This document shows, one piece after another, positions 50,801 to 60,137 of a stretch of 64,000 nt of DNA. Source of the stretch: an uncultured Pseudomonadales bacterium (GTDB lineage Bacteria > Patescibacteriota > Microgenomatia > UBA1400 > PJMF01). The notes under the pieces were generated by a model, which ran no database searches, had not been told where the DNA came from, and saw only the letters and a list, made by a program, of their open reading frames with translations. Position 1 is the first letter of the stretch, and the number at the start of each line of letters is the position of its first letter. The position numbers and the translations under genes were made by a program. The stretch is taken from the NCBI GenBank assembly GCA_964620965.1, contig CAZUHV010000001.1, positions 149,839 through 213,838 on the forward strand. The letters are read 5' to 3'.

Positions 50801-51035
50801 TGTTTTGCGAAGCTGCATCTGTAAAAGTAAGCGCTAAAATATTTTGGGGGGAAATATCTTGTTTTTTTAAAATTTGTGCAACTGTAGTCGCAAGCACCTG
50901 AGTTTTACCAGTGCCTGGACCAGCCATAACCATAATTGGCCCACCTTGTGTAGCAAACTGATCAACAGCTTGCTTCTGTTGCGCGTTCAAACGATTATAG
51001 CTTTGCTCGAACATACTTGTTTCTTGGTTTGGCAT
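47814..51035 (-). CDS. UvrD/PcrA-like SF1 helicase fused to a C-terminal PD-(D/E)XK nuclease
   Basis: AGPGTGKT, LVDEYQD, VGDPHQSIFRF, HSSKGKE, RRLFYVALTR; GRIDRI...VVDYKTG, QLVFY; start at ATG 51035. Confidence 0.92.
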   Translation of the reverse strand: MPNQETSMFEQSYNRLNAQQKQAVDQFATQGGPIMVMAGPGTGKTQVLATTVAQILKKQDISPQNILALTFTDAASQNMRDRIVKLIGTEGFYVNIMTFHTFASEVIATYPEKFPIEKSSEPLSEYERFEIFEKILIDTKLTELKPLNTPLYYIKDVIRQISQLKREYVSPEKFESILDSEELQLKNSIEEYWHEQSVKAEAGKKAKTKLSAVLLKQEKNLKKQKELLTVYVEYQKELSKRKRYDFDDMISFVVQAFELDEELLLDYQERFQYILVDEYQDTNAAQNKIVELLANYWEESPNLFVVGDPHQSIFRFQGASTENMLSFIDRYPTCTVITLATGYRCSQQVYSAAHTLIKNNILNFRSVQMGKNQLNEFGTEQLNDALSVELQAFQKDGEDVLVFPAQSEGLQLFYLAEEIKRLVKTGVKYEDIAILYRNNTEASEIAEILEKWEIPYERSVGENVLDDFLVEQLLQFFLVMQNLGKGVYSDEFFTVLQYSWLGLNTLDIYKLSRIAGKLQVSIEELLEEEYETILTKTEQIYGLSREGFGNVVSFRNKVLEWYARSNNVLFHEWFSLVINSENSDEKNTKEAPKPAGFGFMQYVLEQPVKTEHLYAINSLYSEIKKFVAEKRNFNLEDFLNKISVMQEHSVKLKIEKLTIQKNRVTLSTAHSSKGKEWKYVFVYGVTDKKWGNSRDRELIPLPDSILTNTDVDKKEKNEDDRRLFYVALTRSSKKSYVLWSQTNLSGKELSNSMFLNEIEKHTRVEDEKVTQNLLQNSEQLLEKLLVTTYGTKAYSQDEKVFFKQLVEEFKLSVTALNNYLKDPHEFLVNSLLRIPRAKSPILAFGTATHFALEQFYKGVILGKNISKIQFISNFEYALQREQLTKQDFEERKKHGQKVLEFYYDTVLDPAQFKHIPPLFVEKFFGGKLNKAVLFDGDKEIQLSGRIDRIELIDKNLKTIKVVDYKTGTPKSENVINGQSGIDEYSDREKKLPETIRGRYQRQLVFYKLLAELDATFPYTVTQAEFDFVEPGGTHKDAHVVRRFVVTDEALSDLKKLIIEVMREIRALKFLAVE

Positions 51036-51096
51036 GTATTTTATTGTAGCATTAAAGCTCAAAAACTTAAGACATGCTAAAATATAGTTTCACATC

Positions 51097-52563
51097 ATGA
51101 TAACCCTAAAGAATGTTACAAAATCTACCGCTACAAAAGTGCTTTTTGAGAACATCAGCTTTAAACTTGCTGACACTCAAAAGGTTGGTTTTGTTGGACC
51201 AAATGGGAGTGGAAAAACTACATTGCTTAAAATCATTGCAGGCTTTGAAGAAGCAGATCGCGGTGAAATCAATACTTCCGGAGAAGTCATTGGATATCTG
51301 TCACAGAAAATTGATGCCGATGAATCAACAATGATTTATGAATACATGTATAAGGCATTAAAAAATGACTGGCAAGAATATACAATTAAAACTTCCCTCG
51401 CACGTGTTGGATTAGGCAAAGTGGATCAGTCTGAACCAATTTCAACCTTAAGTGGTGGTCAAAAAATGAAGCTCGGATTAGCAAAAATTTTACTTAATGA
51501 GCCTACAACTTTATTACTAGACGAACCAACCAACAACCTTGATATGCAGAGTTTGCTTTGGCTAGAAAAGTTTGTAAAAAGGTTTGAGGGAAAGGTTTTA
51601 CTCGTTTCGCATGATCGAGCCTTTTTAGATAACTGTGTGAATAAAATCATTGAGCTTGATCATTTCAACAAGACAATCCATGAATACGGTGGAAACTACT
51701 CAGAATACCTCATACAAAAGGCTGAACGACAAAAAAATCTTCTTGCAGAATATAACTTGCAACAAAAAAAAGAACAACACATGCAAGATTGGATTCATGA
51801 AAGACAGGAGCGTCTCAAATATCATCAAAGCGTAAAAGGAGCACGACAGCTCAAAGCAATGAAAAGTAGAATGAAGCGAGAAGTAGATGATAACAGAGTT
51901 TTAAAACCACAAGAATATTCTGCTTTTACTGTCGATTCTATTGCCAATGCGATACGAAAACAGAAATCGATTTTAACACTTAAAGACTTTAAAATACCTG
52001 GACTTTTAGAATGTGATGAGCTCTATCTTTTTTCTCACAATAGAATTTATTTTGCTGGTAAAAATGGAACAGGAAAAACCACTTTCATCAAAACCGTTAT
52101 GGGAGTTTTAAAAAACTACGAAGGTGAGCTCACACTAAATGACCAAGCAAAAATTGGCTATTTTTCTCAGGAGCATGAATTATTGCGTCCCAATGAATCA
52201 CTTATAGATAATTTTATTCGATTAACCCCAGTTAAATCTGGAGTTGAAGCTAGAAAAATTTTAGGAGCATATTTATTTCCTGGTGATACTGTGTTTGGAA
52301 ACACAAAATATTTATCAGAAGGTGAAAAAGCTCGTTTAATTTTTGCAATTTTAATAACACAAAAAAATGACTTCTTGCTTTTAGATGAACCAACCAACCA
52401 TTTAGATTTACAAAGTCGTGAAGTTATTGAAACCGCTTTAAAAGAATATGAAGGGGGCTTTCTAGTTGTTTCTCATGACAGATATTTTATAAATACCATT
52501 GGAATAAACAAAATAATTGAGATCAGAGATAAAGTAATACAAGAAGTTAAAAAAAGAGGCTAA
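51097..52563 (+). CDS. ABC-F family ribosome-associated ATPase
   Basis: Two NBDs (GPNGSGKT, LSGGQ, LLDEPTN; GKNGTGKT, LSEGE, LLDEPTNHLD), no TMs. Confidence 0.93.
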   Translation: MITLKNVTKSTATKVLFENISFKLADTQKVGFVGPNGSGKTTLLKIIAGFEEADRGEINTSGEVIGYLSQKIDADESTMIYEYMYKALKNDWQEYTIKTSLARVGLGKVDQSEPISTLSGGQKMKLGLAKILLNEPTTLLLDEPTNNLDMQSLLWLEKFVKRFEGKVLLVSHDRAFLDNCVNKIIELDHFNKTIHEYGGNYSEYLIQKAERQKNLLAEYNLQQKKEQHMQDWIHERQERLKYHQSVKGARQLKAMKSRMKREVDDNRVLKPQEYSAFTVDSIANAIRKQKSILTLKDFKIPGLLECDELYLFSHNRIYFAGKNGTGKTTFIKTVMGVLKNYEGELTLNDQAKIGYFSQEHELLRPNESLIDNFIRLTPVKSGVEARKILGAYLFPGDTVFGNTKYLSEGEKARLIFAILITQKNDFLLLDEPTNHLDLQSREVIETALKEYEGGFLVVSHDRYFINTIGINKIIEIRDKVIQEVKKRG

Positions 52564-52584
52564 GTTTTTAATCTAGCTAGTCTT

Positions 52585-52803
52585 TTATTTTACTTTTGGA
52601 AAATTTTTTCTGTCAAAAAAATGTAACAATGCCCACCATCTTCCATTAATTTCACATGCTCTTCTCCATGTCATAACATCCTCTGGACTAGAGAATAAAA
52701 TATCCCCATCTGTCGTTGGCAACACTCCAAAATCAGACATTAAGCTTGAAACTCCAATTCTTTGGCCATTTTCTGGATTTATTACTCCTGTTTTCATACA
52801 CAT
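52585..52803 (-). CDS. small hypothetical protein
   Basis: 72 aa; AAGGAG SD and TGgTAGAAT upstream. Confidence 0.55.
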   Translation of the reverse strand: MCMKTGVINPENGQRIGVSSLMSDFGVLPTTDGDILFSSPEDVMTWRRACEINGRWWALLHFFDRKNFPKVK

Positions 52804-52821
52804 TTCTCCTTTAATAAATAG

Positions 52822-54105
52822 TTATTCTACCAAACTCTCTTGTTTTCCAGAAAGAGAAGTTTCACCTAATTTTTCTAATTCTTCTAAGCCATCATTCAAC
52901 TCAAGCTGTTCGATTCCTGGCAAACTACCACCAATAATTCCCTGTAAATCTCCATACATATTACTGGTACTCATAATTACTTTTTCAATCTCTTTTTCTC
53001 GTTTGCTCCAAATTCTATTAAAAGATCTCTTTTCTGTTTCTAAATCTGCCTTCATGTTTACAAACGCCATGACAATATTTTCAACTCTGTTCTTAAACTG
53101 TGGACCACTTAAATATTTGTACAGCAAATCCATTTTTTCGTCCCTGCCAACTAAGGATTGTTTTACTTTTGCGACTTCTATAAGTTGAATTCTCAGTGCG
53201 CTTACTAAAGGAATAATGTGAGCATAACTCACAACCCAGACACCATTTTTCAAACCAAAACCCTGAATATCTTCTGGTAAACTTTGTGAAACTAGAATAG
53301 CAATGTCTGCCTTCACCAAACCTTGATCACTCTTTAGTTTTGAAATCCAGCCCTCACTGAATGCCTTTGTATTTTTTGATTCCCAAATAATCGTTCCCGT
53401 GTGATTGCCAGCCCGAGCATTCACTTTTTGAACTAGATCAGCACCTTTTGCACCAGTTGCCACATCACTGATTTCATCCATCACAAAGGTAGTTGATAAA
53501 AGCTCTTTCAAGTCATCTTCTTGAACTTCTCCTTGAATCTGCATTGAACCCTGCTCAGCTTTACGTTTTAAGTCGTCAATTTGTTTGCGCATAATTTCAA
53601 GCTGTTTATCTTTTTCTTGCATCTTCAGGCGCTGTTGTTCTGCCTCTTCTTTTTGCGTTTGTTCAACAATTTTTTTGCGTTCCTCATCCATTTTACGAGC
53701 CATTTCTAGCTCCATCTTTTTTTCTTTTTCTTCTAAATCTCTGGCTTTTTTACGCAATTCCAATTCGTTTTTTTCTGACTCTTCTAGTTTCTTCGCTTTA
53801 GATTTGAGCTCTTCTTGTAACTCTTTCAGCTCTTTTTCTGATTGTTCTTTTTCTGCCTTTACTTCTTTTTCAATTTTTTCTAAGGCTTTTTCTTGCGCAA
53901 CTTTCCATAGCTCTTCTTTTATGCGTTTTTTCTCTGCCTCCATTTTTTCTGAAATAGATTTTTCTTGCTTTTCAAGTTGAGCTTCATACTCTTTCTTTTG
54001 CTGTTCAAGTTTATGTTTAAGCTTGTGCTCAACTTCTTCAGCTAATGCTTGGGTTAAGGGAATCTGCTCACCACATTGTGGGCACTTAATTGTTTGATCT
54101 GCCAT
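52822..54105 (-). CDS. DUF2130 coiled-coil protein
   Basis: IKCPQCG, long coiled coil, GSMQIQGEVQE, GAD, IIWESKNTK. Confidence 0.9.
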   Translation of the reverse strand: MADQTIKCPQCGEQIPLTQALAEEVEHKLKHKLEQQKKEYEAQLEKQEKSISEKMEAEKKRIKEELWKVAQEKALEKIEKEVKAEKEQSEKELKELQEELKSKAKKLEESEKNELELRKKARDLEEKEKKMELEMARKMDEERKKIVEQTQKEEAEQQRLKMQEKDKQLEIMRKQIDDLKRKAEQGSMQIQGEVQEDDLKELLSTTFVMDEISDVATGAKGADLVQKVNARAGNHTGTIIWESKNTKAFSEGWISKLKSDQGLVKADIAILVSQSLPEDIQGFGLKNGVWVVSYAHIIPLVSALRIQLIEVAKVKQSLVGRDEKMDLLYKYLSGPQFKNRVENIVMAFVNMKADLETEKRSFNRIWSKREKEIEKVIMSTSNMYGDLQGIIGGSLPGIEQLELNDGLEELEKLGETSLSGKQESLVE

Positions 54106-54150
54106 AGTACAGGTATACTACTAAAAAAGTACAGAATCTAGAAGCAGGAA

Positions 54151-55473
54151 TTATTTAAAAAATGGGTGGAATAACGTCACAAATAAATAATAGTTTGTAT
54201 ACTTCTTAAAATACCACGTGCTATGAGTATCAAGTTGTTCCAGCATAGAGGTTAGTCCAATTTTTGCATCTATAGAATCTACAATTGGCCCATACTTTCT
54301 CACTGCTTCTAAATCTTCAAAAGGCTCTGTTTCATCACCCAACAATAGAGCTAAAACCAAAGACAAATCAAGTTCATCATTTTTATTATTTACAGAAAGG
54401 TATTCTGGTCTTTTTGATAGTAACTCAATAATTTTTCCCTTATTTTTTTGTAATGTATTTCTATTAAGATTCGGAAAAAAACTTAGGGGTAAAGAAAGTA
54501 CAAATGAAATAAATAATTCTGGATCATGTAGGAAAGCTAACATAAATTCATTCATGGACTGCGAAAGCATGTATTCATAATTTTCTTCTCTTTTATCTGT
54601 TGTTTTTGCCAATATGAGTTCCTCAGCAACTTTCAGTAACTGCTCTCTAGTAATGAGCTCAACCCCACCAACTTTATAAATTGAATTAAACCTCAAAGTT
54701 CGTGCCGATTGCAGTAACAGCTCACCTAATCCTAACCCTAATCCCAAAAAACTAAAGCTTTCATTTGAGAGTAGTGATTCCATATCTTCTTTGGATATTT
54801 GCAGTGCCCACTCTTTATTTACTTTAGATAAAACACCCTTTGAAGCCAGTTGTCTTTTACTTAAATTTTTTCTGAGGTCTTGTTTAACCTGAGGTTTCAA
54901 AACAATGTGGAAACTTTGATCAACATATCCGCCTTTAATTTCTACTTCTAACACGGCAACTCCGTTTGGAAAAATGGTTACATTTACAATATTAGCTTTA
55001 TCGAACCTAGAAAACGACTTTGCGAATTGATTTGCATAGAACTCAATGTCAGAAATATCAGTCACAGACATATACAAGTCTATATTTTTTTTGCTAACGC
55101 CCTTCAAAATATGCGTAAAAAATAGTTTTTCCTCTTCCGTAAAGGCTTCAATCCTTTGCCGTAAATATTCTATAGACTTTAAATATGCACTTACCTCTGT
55201 ATATGGTACCAAAACCATACTCATATCTGCGGCTTCTTCGCCATTTTCATTCATCACCAAACCTTCAGGAATTTCAGAAAGGAAAAAAAGAACTGCTTGA
55301 GCAATACAAGAGCCTCTAACAACAAATGATTCTGTCTCAAAAAAATGTGCTATATAACCCAAAAATAAATACCACTCAGGAAGTTCATTACACATTTCGA
55401 GTAATCCATATCCATTGGCTTTAAAAAAAACATCTAGTGGAATTTTCAACTCTCCTGAGTGAGCTTTCTGCAT
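54151..55473 (-). CDS. hypothetical protein, possibly a degenerate class II nucleotidyltransferase (CCA/poly(A) polymerase fold)
   Basis: 440-aa ORF with weak motif echoes VVRGSC, KNIDL, ARTLRF, NEF...FFPNL. Confidence 0.55.
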   Translation of the reverse strand: MQKAHSGELKIPLDVFFKANGYGLLEMCNELPEWYLFLGYIAHFFETESFVVRGSCIAQAVLFFLSEIPEGLVMNENGEEAADMSMVLVPYTEVSAYLKSIEYLRQRIEAFTEEEKLFFTHILKGVSKKNIDLYMSVTDISDIEFYANQFAKSFSRFDKANIVNVTIFPNGVAVLEVEIKGGYVDQSFHIVLKPQVKQDLRKNLSKRQLASKGVLSKVNKEWALQISKEDMESLLSNESFSFLGLGLGLGELLLQSARTLRFNSIYKVGGVELITREQLLKVAEELILAKTTDKREENYEYMLSQSMNEFMLAFLHDPELFISFVLSLPLSFFPNLNRNTLQKNKGKIIELLSKRPEYLSVNNKNDELDLSLVLALLLGDETEPFEDLEAVRKYGPIVDSIDAKIGLTSMLEQLDTHSTWYFKKYTNYYLFVTLFHPFFK

Positions 55474-55474
55474 A

Positions 55475-56599
55475 CTATTTTAATAACAATTGATACCCTT
55501 GTTCTCTGAGGGTTACCAATGCTTTTCCTGAAATTCCTAACTTATTCAACTTTGCTCTTAGTCTTGAAACAGTTTTATCTAATGCCCAATCCGTATATCC
55601 ACCTTCTGTTTGGCCCCATAAAAGTTTACCAAGATCTTCTCTTGAAATTTTATTTTCTGTTGCGTAATAAAACGCTAAGAATAGCTCCTGTTCTTTTTTA
55701 GAAAAGAAAGAAGTAACACAAATATCATTAAAGTAAAATTCAGAATTCTTTACCACTATAGAGTGTTGAATTGAGGCTGAAAGCTCTAAAATAAATCCTG
55801 GAATAAATGGTTTTTCATGTTTAATAAAACCTAAGTTAAAAAGATCCTTAAAAATAAGATTTTGACCTTCTTGTTGATCATAAAATTTTTGGTCTACCTT
55901 CACTAAATATTCTTTATGCTCCTTACCTAAAGATTCCCAAATTTTTTCTTTTTTAAACTGAATCTCTTGACTAGAAAATATATTTTGTAATAAATCATCT
56001 TTCTTTGCTAACTGACGCAAAACCTCTTTTACTAACCAAACATGACCTCCAGAATATTCATAAATATCTCTTACTTGTTGGTCACTTATCTTAAACTTCC
56101 ACCTCTGTGCAATATGTTTACAAAAATGTTTAGTAGTTTCAAAAGAGAAAAGTGAAATGTAGCTCACATTCTGAAGTAAAGTATGAGAAATTTGAGTTGG
56201 TAAATTTTTGAGTTCCGTTACGGTTGATTCAAAGAAAATAACTATAGCTCGGTTATATAGAATTTTATAATGTATTAAAGCAGCAAGAATTTGTAACGAA
56301 TTTTTTTCTAATAAAAATTCTCCCATCGAAACAATTATTGGTTGTTCAGAGTTTTCAAAAATTTTTTTAACGTCTTCTGGATCATAAATAAGGTCTAAAT
56401 GAAAATTTATGTATTTACATTTTTTATATTTATTTTTTTCTTGCCAATCTAAAAAATTATGAACTCTGTAGTCATTTGCAAAAATTGGTGGGGTTAGAAC
56501 TGTACAAATCTCGTTCCTATCAATTACTTCCTGCCAAAAAGTAAATAATTGGTTGGTGTATCGTTCAGGAAGAGCTGTGTTCGTTTTCATGTTTGGCAT
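55475..56599 (-). CDS. regulator with degenerate AAA-like domain and C-terminal OmpR-type winged helix
   Basis: YSGGHVWL; ISREDLGKLLW...WALDKTVSRLRAKL...LVTLREQGY. Confidence 0.85.
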   Translation of the reverse strand: MPNMKTNTALPERYTNQLFTFWQEVIDRNEICTVLTPPIFANDYRVHNFLDWQEKNKYKKCKYINFHLDLIYDPEDVKKIFENSEQPIIVSMGEFLLEKNSLQILAALIHYKILYNRAIVIFFESTVTELKNLPTQISHTLLQNVSYISLFSFETTKHFCKHIAQRWKFKISDQQVRDIYEYSGGHVWLVKEVLRQLAKKDDLLQNIFSSQEIQFKKEKIWESLGKEHKEYLVKVDQKFYDQQEGQNLIFKDLFNLGFIKHEKPFIPGFILELSASIQHSIVVKNSEFYFNDICVTSFFSKKEQELFLAFYYATENKISREDLGKLLWGQTEGGYTDWALDKTVSRLRAKLNKLGISGKALVTLREQGYQLLLK

Positions 56600-56715
56600 T
56601 ATATATTTTTACTATAAACATGTCAATCTGACTATAAATTGTCAGAAATATGTCAAGCATAAAAACAAATTTTCATTATATTCCAAATAAACATTTGAAA
56701 AATAAAAAGGAAAAA

Positions 56716-57654
56716 ATGAAAACACATATTACTGAAACAAAAACTCAAACTAATCCTGGAGAAACAGAACAAACTTCATCTGCTATCACAGAATTACTCC
56801 TTCTTCTTTATCAAAATAGAGCAGTTACAAGAAACAAAAATACTGACCAAACAGCTAGAGAAAGAGTAATAAAAGAGCTCTTAACTGGCTCTAAAAAAAA
56901 GGATCCCCATACATATGATATGTGGGAAGAAAGACATTTATCCGTAGGATACAAGTTTGGTGAACATACACTTGCACAATACCCTGACTACACTGCAAGG
57001 GGAGATAAACGAAGCAGCTTAGATAAAAAAATTAAGAATTTAACTGCCATTGGATTACCCGAAGGAACTCTAAGAACATTTAGAGAGCTTGCTGACCCTG
57101 AATGGGGTTTTACCTTTAAAGGGGTTAGAGTTGACCATGAAGGAGTTCATTTTCAGTTAGACAGAAGACAAACATACAACCCCTTCAGACAGCTGCTTTT
57201 GCTTCACGTTGATAATCAAGGGAAACTTTCTTGGGAATACGAATTTGACCTATACAATCCAAAAAAACTTAGTTTTTGGAAACCAAATGATACTATGGGA
57301 GTCAATACTCCAGAATTTAGGAGCCAGCCATATGTTGAAACTCCAGTTTGTATAAAAGGTTCTGTTGCAAGAAATGGTAACCTAGAATTCAATGAAATAA
57401 CTTTTGGGGGTGTAAATTATACATATGCTCTACCAAACTATACAGTAAAGTCATTAAGCAAAAGCAGAATTTTGCTTAATCAAACAACTGTATGGGGTAT
57501 AAATGGCCAAACTCCTCATACTGATTTTGAAATTACTTCCGTTTCCTTTAGAAAAATGATTCAGTTTATAACCCAACCAGATTATGAGATTAACACAAAT
57601 CCACTTTTAAGAGTAAAAACATTAGAAAACAGAATGTCTAAAAAAACTACTTAA
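56716..57654 (+). CDS. hypothetical protein
   Basis: Long ORF; AAGGA SD before the ATG at 56716. Confidence 0.7.
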   Translation: MKTHITETKTQTNPGETEQTSSAITELLLLLYQNRAVTRNKNTDQTARERVIKELLTGSKKKDPHTYDMWEERHLSVGYKFGEHTLAQYPDYTARGDKRSSLDKKIKNLTAIGLPEGTLRTFRELADPEWGFTFKGVRVDHEGVHFQLDRRQTYNPFRQLLLLHVDNQGKLSWEYEFDLYNPKKLSFWKPNDTMGVNTPEFRSQPYVETPVCIKGSVARNGNLEFNEITFGGVNYTYALPNYTVKSLSKSRILLNQTTVWGINGQTPHTDFEITSVSFRKMIQFITQPDYEINTNPLLRVKTLENRMSKKTT

Positions 57655-57871
57655 CCTCGTCTTTAAGTTTGCGAATTTGAGCATCCAATCTATTGCCCTT
57701 TTGCTGATAGTATGAGTTTAGAGGTTCTGGGCTAGCATACTGCTTTTTAAGTAACTGTTTTCTTTCTTGTTGTGCTTTTTCTAGTGCTTGATTCATGGAC
57801 TGAGCCCTTTTTTGTCCAAAGCTAGCAGGCTTTTTTGAGTTACTCAGCCCCAGTGGTTTTAAGAATTTCAT
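57647..57871 (-). CDS. small basic coiled-coil hypothetical protein
   Basis: 74 aa, overlaps the end of the peptidase gene. Confidence 0.5.
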   Translation of the reverse strand: MKFLKPLGLSNSKKPASFGQKRAQSMNQALEKAQQERKQLLKKQYASPEPLNSYYQQKGNRLDAQIRKLKDEVK

Positions 57872-58538
57872 ATGTTCCAGGTTCCTTTGTATCTCCTATA
57901 AGTACTTCTCCATCTCGCAGTGCAAGAAACAACATTTTTTCTTCCATAAAAAATTCAATAGTTTTATTAATAGCCTGAGATTCCGGATGATCCGATCTAA
58001 AATGAGGAGCCACACTAAAATCTAGCAGACCTAAACCGTCATATTCTGTTGAAATGTCTTTTTCTTTTCTGGCAGGATATTCCTCTGGGTACTGCTCTAT
58101 ACTATCAACCAATTCGAGGCCTCGTAATGATTGAGACAAAATACAAACACCAGCACTATATCCAGCATAGACAAAGTCCTCGTTTGATTTTGCCAAATTC
58201 TGAACGATTACATCCAGCCCACTCAAAGCAAATGCTTCTTTTAAAACAAAAACATTTCCCCCACGAATATAAACCCCAGAAAATTCTTGCAATTTTTTTT
58301 CTAGTTTTTCTGATTTGCCAAAGTATTCTTTTAAATCTAGCCTTTCCACTGTTATTCCAACCTCTTGTAAATCTGTCACATCTCTATTAGTAGAATGAAG
58401 TACACGAATATAGTTTGCTTCAGCATCTAAAGCATTTGCAATAAAAGCTACTTTTTTTTGTCCGTTTTTAGGTTTTAAAAGCTCTGTTAAACGCTCAGCC
58501 TTATATCCTAATCTATATGACGAAAGATAGAGTTTCAT
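57840..58538 (-). CDS. peptidase S51 (dipeptidase E) family
   Basis: MKLYLSS start, GGNVF, YAGYSAG nucleophile, APHF. Confidence 0.9.
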   Translation of the reverse strand: MKLYLSSYRLGYKAERLTELLKPKNGQKKVAFIANALDAEANYIRVLHSTNRDVTDLQEVGITVERLDLKEYFGKSEKLEKKLQEFSGVYIRGGNVFVLKEAFALSGLDVIVQNLAKSNEDFVYAGYSAGVCILSQSLRGLELVDSIEQYPEEYPARKEKDISTEYDGLGLLDFSVAPHFRSDHPESQAINKTIEFFMEEKMLFLALRDGEVLIGDTKEPGTYEILKTTGAE

Positions 58539-58747
58539 GAGTGTATTCAGCATACCATTTATTTTATTTTTTTGCAGACACCAATGTTACAGTTTGTGCA
58601 AGAAAGATAGTTTATTATTCAATAAATACCAAGAAATTGCATATGGTTATTTTGAAAAAAATTTGATTTACTGTTACATGTAAATCAAAAACCCAAATAA
58701 AGTTTTGTAACAAAATATAAGTATGTATAGCAAAAGATAAGGAAAAA

Positions 58748-59812
58748 ATGGCAAAAAAATCAGTCACAACTCAAACTCCAGAAGAAGCTTCAGAAAAAGG
58801 TGCAAAGAATCAAGCTGTTTCTATTGCAATGCAACAAATTGAAAAAGAATTTGGCAAGGGTTCGATTATGAAAATGGGAGACTCGTTGCGCAACATGGCA
58901 ACCATTCCAGTTGTTTCTACAGGTTCCCTTGCACTGAACCTAGCACTTGGCATTGGAGGATTTCCAAAAGGAAGAATTATTGAAGTCTACGGACCAGAAG
59001 CATCTGGTAAGACTACACTTTGTTTACATGCTATTGCTAACGTACAAAAAGCAGGTGGAGTCGCCGCATTCATCGACGTTGAACATGCTTTAGACCCTGT
59101 AAGAGCAGAAAAAATTGGGGTTAATTTGGATGAACTTTTAATTTCTCAACCAGATTATGGAGAACAAGCACTTGAAATTGCTGAAAAACTAATTCGCTCT
59201 GGCGGAGTTGATGTGCTTATTATTGACTCTGTTGCAGCACTTGTTCCAAAATCAGAAATTGAAGGAGAAATGGGTGACCACCAAATGGGAACTCAAGCAA
59301 GATTAATGTCACAAGCAATGAGAAAACTCACTGCAGCAATTAATAAAACAAAAACTCTGGTTATTTTTACCAACCAAATTCGCCACAAAATTGGTGTCAT
59401 GTTTGGTTCTCCAGAAACAACTACAGGAGGTAACGCCCTTAAATTCTATGCTTCTCAAAGACTTGATATTAGAAAAATTGGAAATATCCAAGAAGGAGAT
59501 AGTATAGTTGGAAGTAGGCACAGAGTTAAAGTTAAAAAGAATAAACTTGCTCCACCATTTAAAGAAGCAGAATTCGATATGGACGAAAATGGTATTTCTA
59601 TGACTGGAGATGTTGTTGATATTGGAGTCCAAGAAGATATTATACAAAAAGCTGGTAGCTTTTATAAATATAATGGAGAAGTTCTTGCGCAAGGACGTGA
59701 AGCAACTAAAGCATACTTAGACGAAAACCCAAATTTCATGAAAAAAGTTCAAAAAGAAATTTGGGATGCTATAAAAAAAGAAAACAAAATTGACGAATCC
59801 CAAGAAAAATAA
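58748..59812 (+). CDS. recA: recombinase RecA
   Basis: [36 protein letters not shown]. Confidence 0.99.
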   Translation: MAKKSVTTQTPEEASEKGAKNQAVSIAMQQIEKEFGKGSIMKMGDSLRNMATIPVVSTGSLALNLALGIGGFPKGRIIEVYGPEASGKTTLCLHAIANVQKAGGVAAFIDVEHALDPVRAEKIGVNLDELLISQPDYGEQALEIAEKLIRSGGVDVLIIDSVAALVPKSEIEGEMGDHQMGTQARLMSQAMRKLTAAINKTKTLVIFTNQIRHKIGVMFGSPETTTGGNALKFYASQRLDIRKIGNIQEGDSIVGSRHRVKVKKNKLAPPFKEAEFDMDENGISMTGDVVDIGVQEDIIQKAGSFYKYNGEVLAQGREATKAYLDENPNFMKKVQKEIWDAIKKENKIDESQEK

Positions 59813-59831
59813 TTTTGTCGACACTGACACT

Positions 59832-59865
59832 AGGCACCTCGAGCTACTCGAGGTGCCTTTTGTTT
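59832..59865 (+). terminator. recA intrinsic terminator
   Basis: Perfect 12-bp stem AGGCACCTCGAG/CTCGAGGTGCCT followed by a T tract. Confidence 0.9.
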
Positions 59866-59872
59866 ATTCTCA

Positions 59873-59901
59873 TTGACTTGAACCTATTTTGAGAGTACAA
59901 T
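59873..59901 (+). promoter_or_regulatory. sigma70 promoter about 290 nt upstream of rny
   Basis: TTGACT-17-TACAAT. Confidence 0.75.
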
Positions 59902-59907
59902 GTGGCA

Positions 59908-60137
59908 TGCGCTGAAATCTTTATCTCTATAAAAATAAAAAGAGAGTTATAGATTAAGCAGAACATAACTTGAGTATATTGGAAATTAATAAAAAATAAT
60001 AACAATGAAAAACACAAAAAACAAAGCGAGCGGTCCCTTAGCACAGTAAAAAACTGTGTTGTTCGTTCGTTTCGTAAGCAAAGTGTTTTTATTTTCTCAA
60101 TTTTTAAACTCAAAAATGTTCTTCTGTTCAGCCGGCG
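59908..60137 (+). ncRNA. long rod-like structured RNA (6S RNA candidate or rny leader)
   Basis: Nested stems GCTGAA/TTCAGC, GAACAT/ATGTTC, TTGAGT/ACTCAA, AAAAACAC/GTGTTTTT, AAGCGAGCG/CGTTCGTTT, TAGCACAGT/ACTGTGTTG. Confidence 0.5.

Noticed and set aside
47814-51035. Helicase-nuclease as an anti-phage system
   Set aside because: It is a stand-alone UvrD plus PD-(D/E)XK fusion of the housekeeping repair type, with no defence partners adjacent.
59844-60113. 89-aa minus-strand ORF between recA and rny
   Set aside because: Low-complexity translation antisense to a promoter and structured RNA; no RBS.
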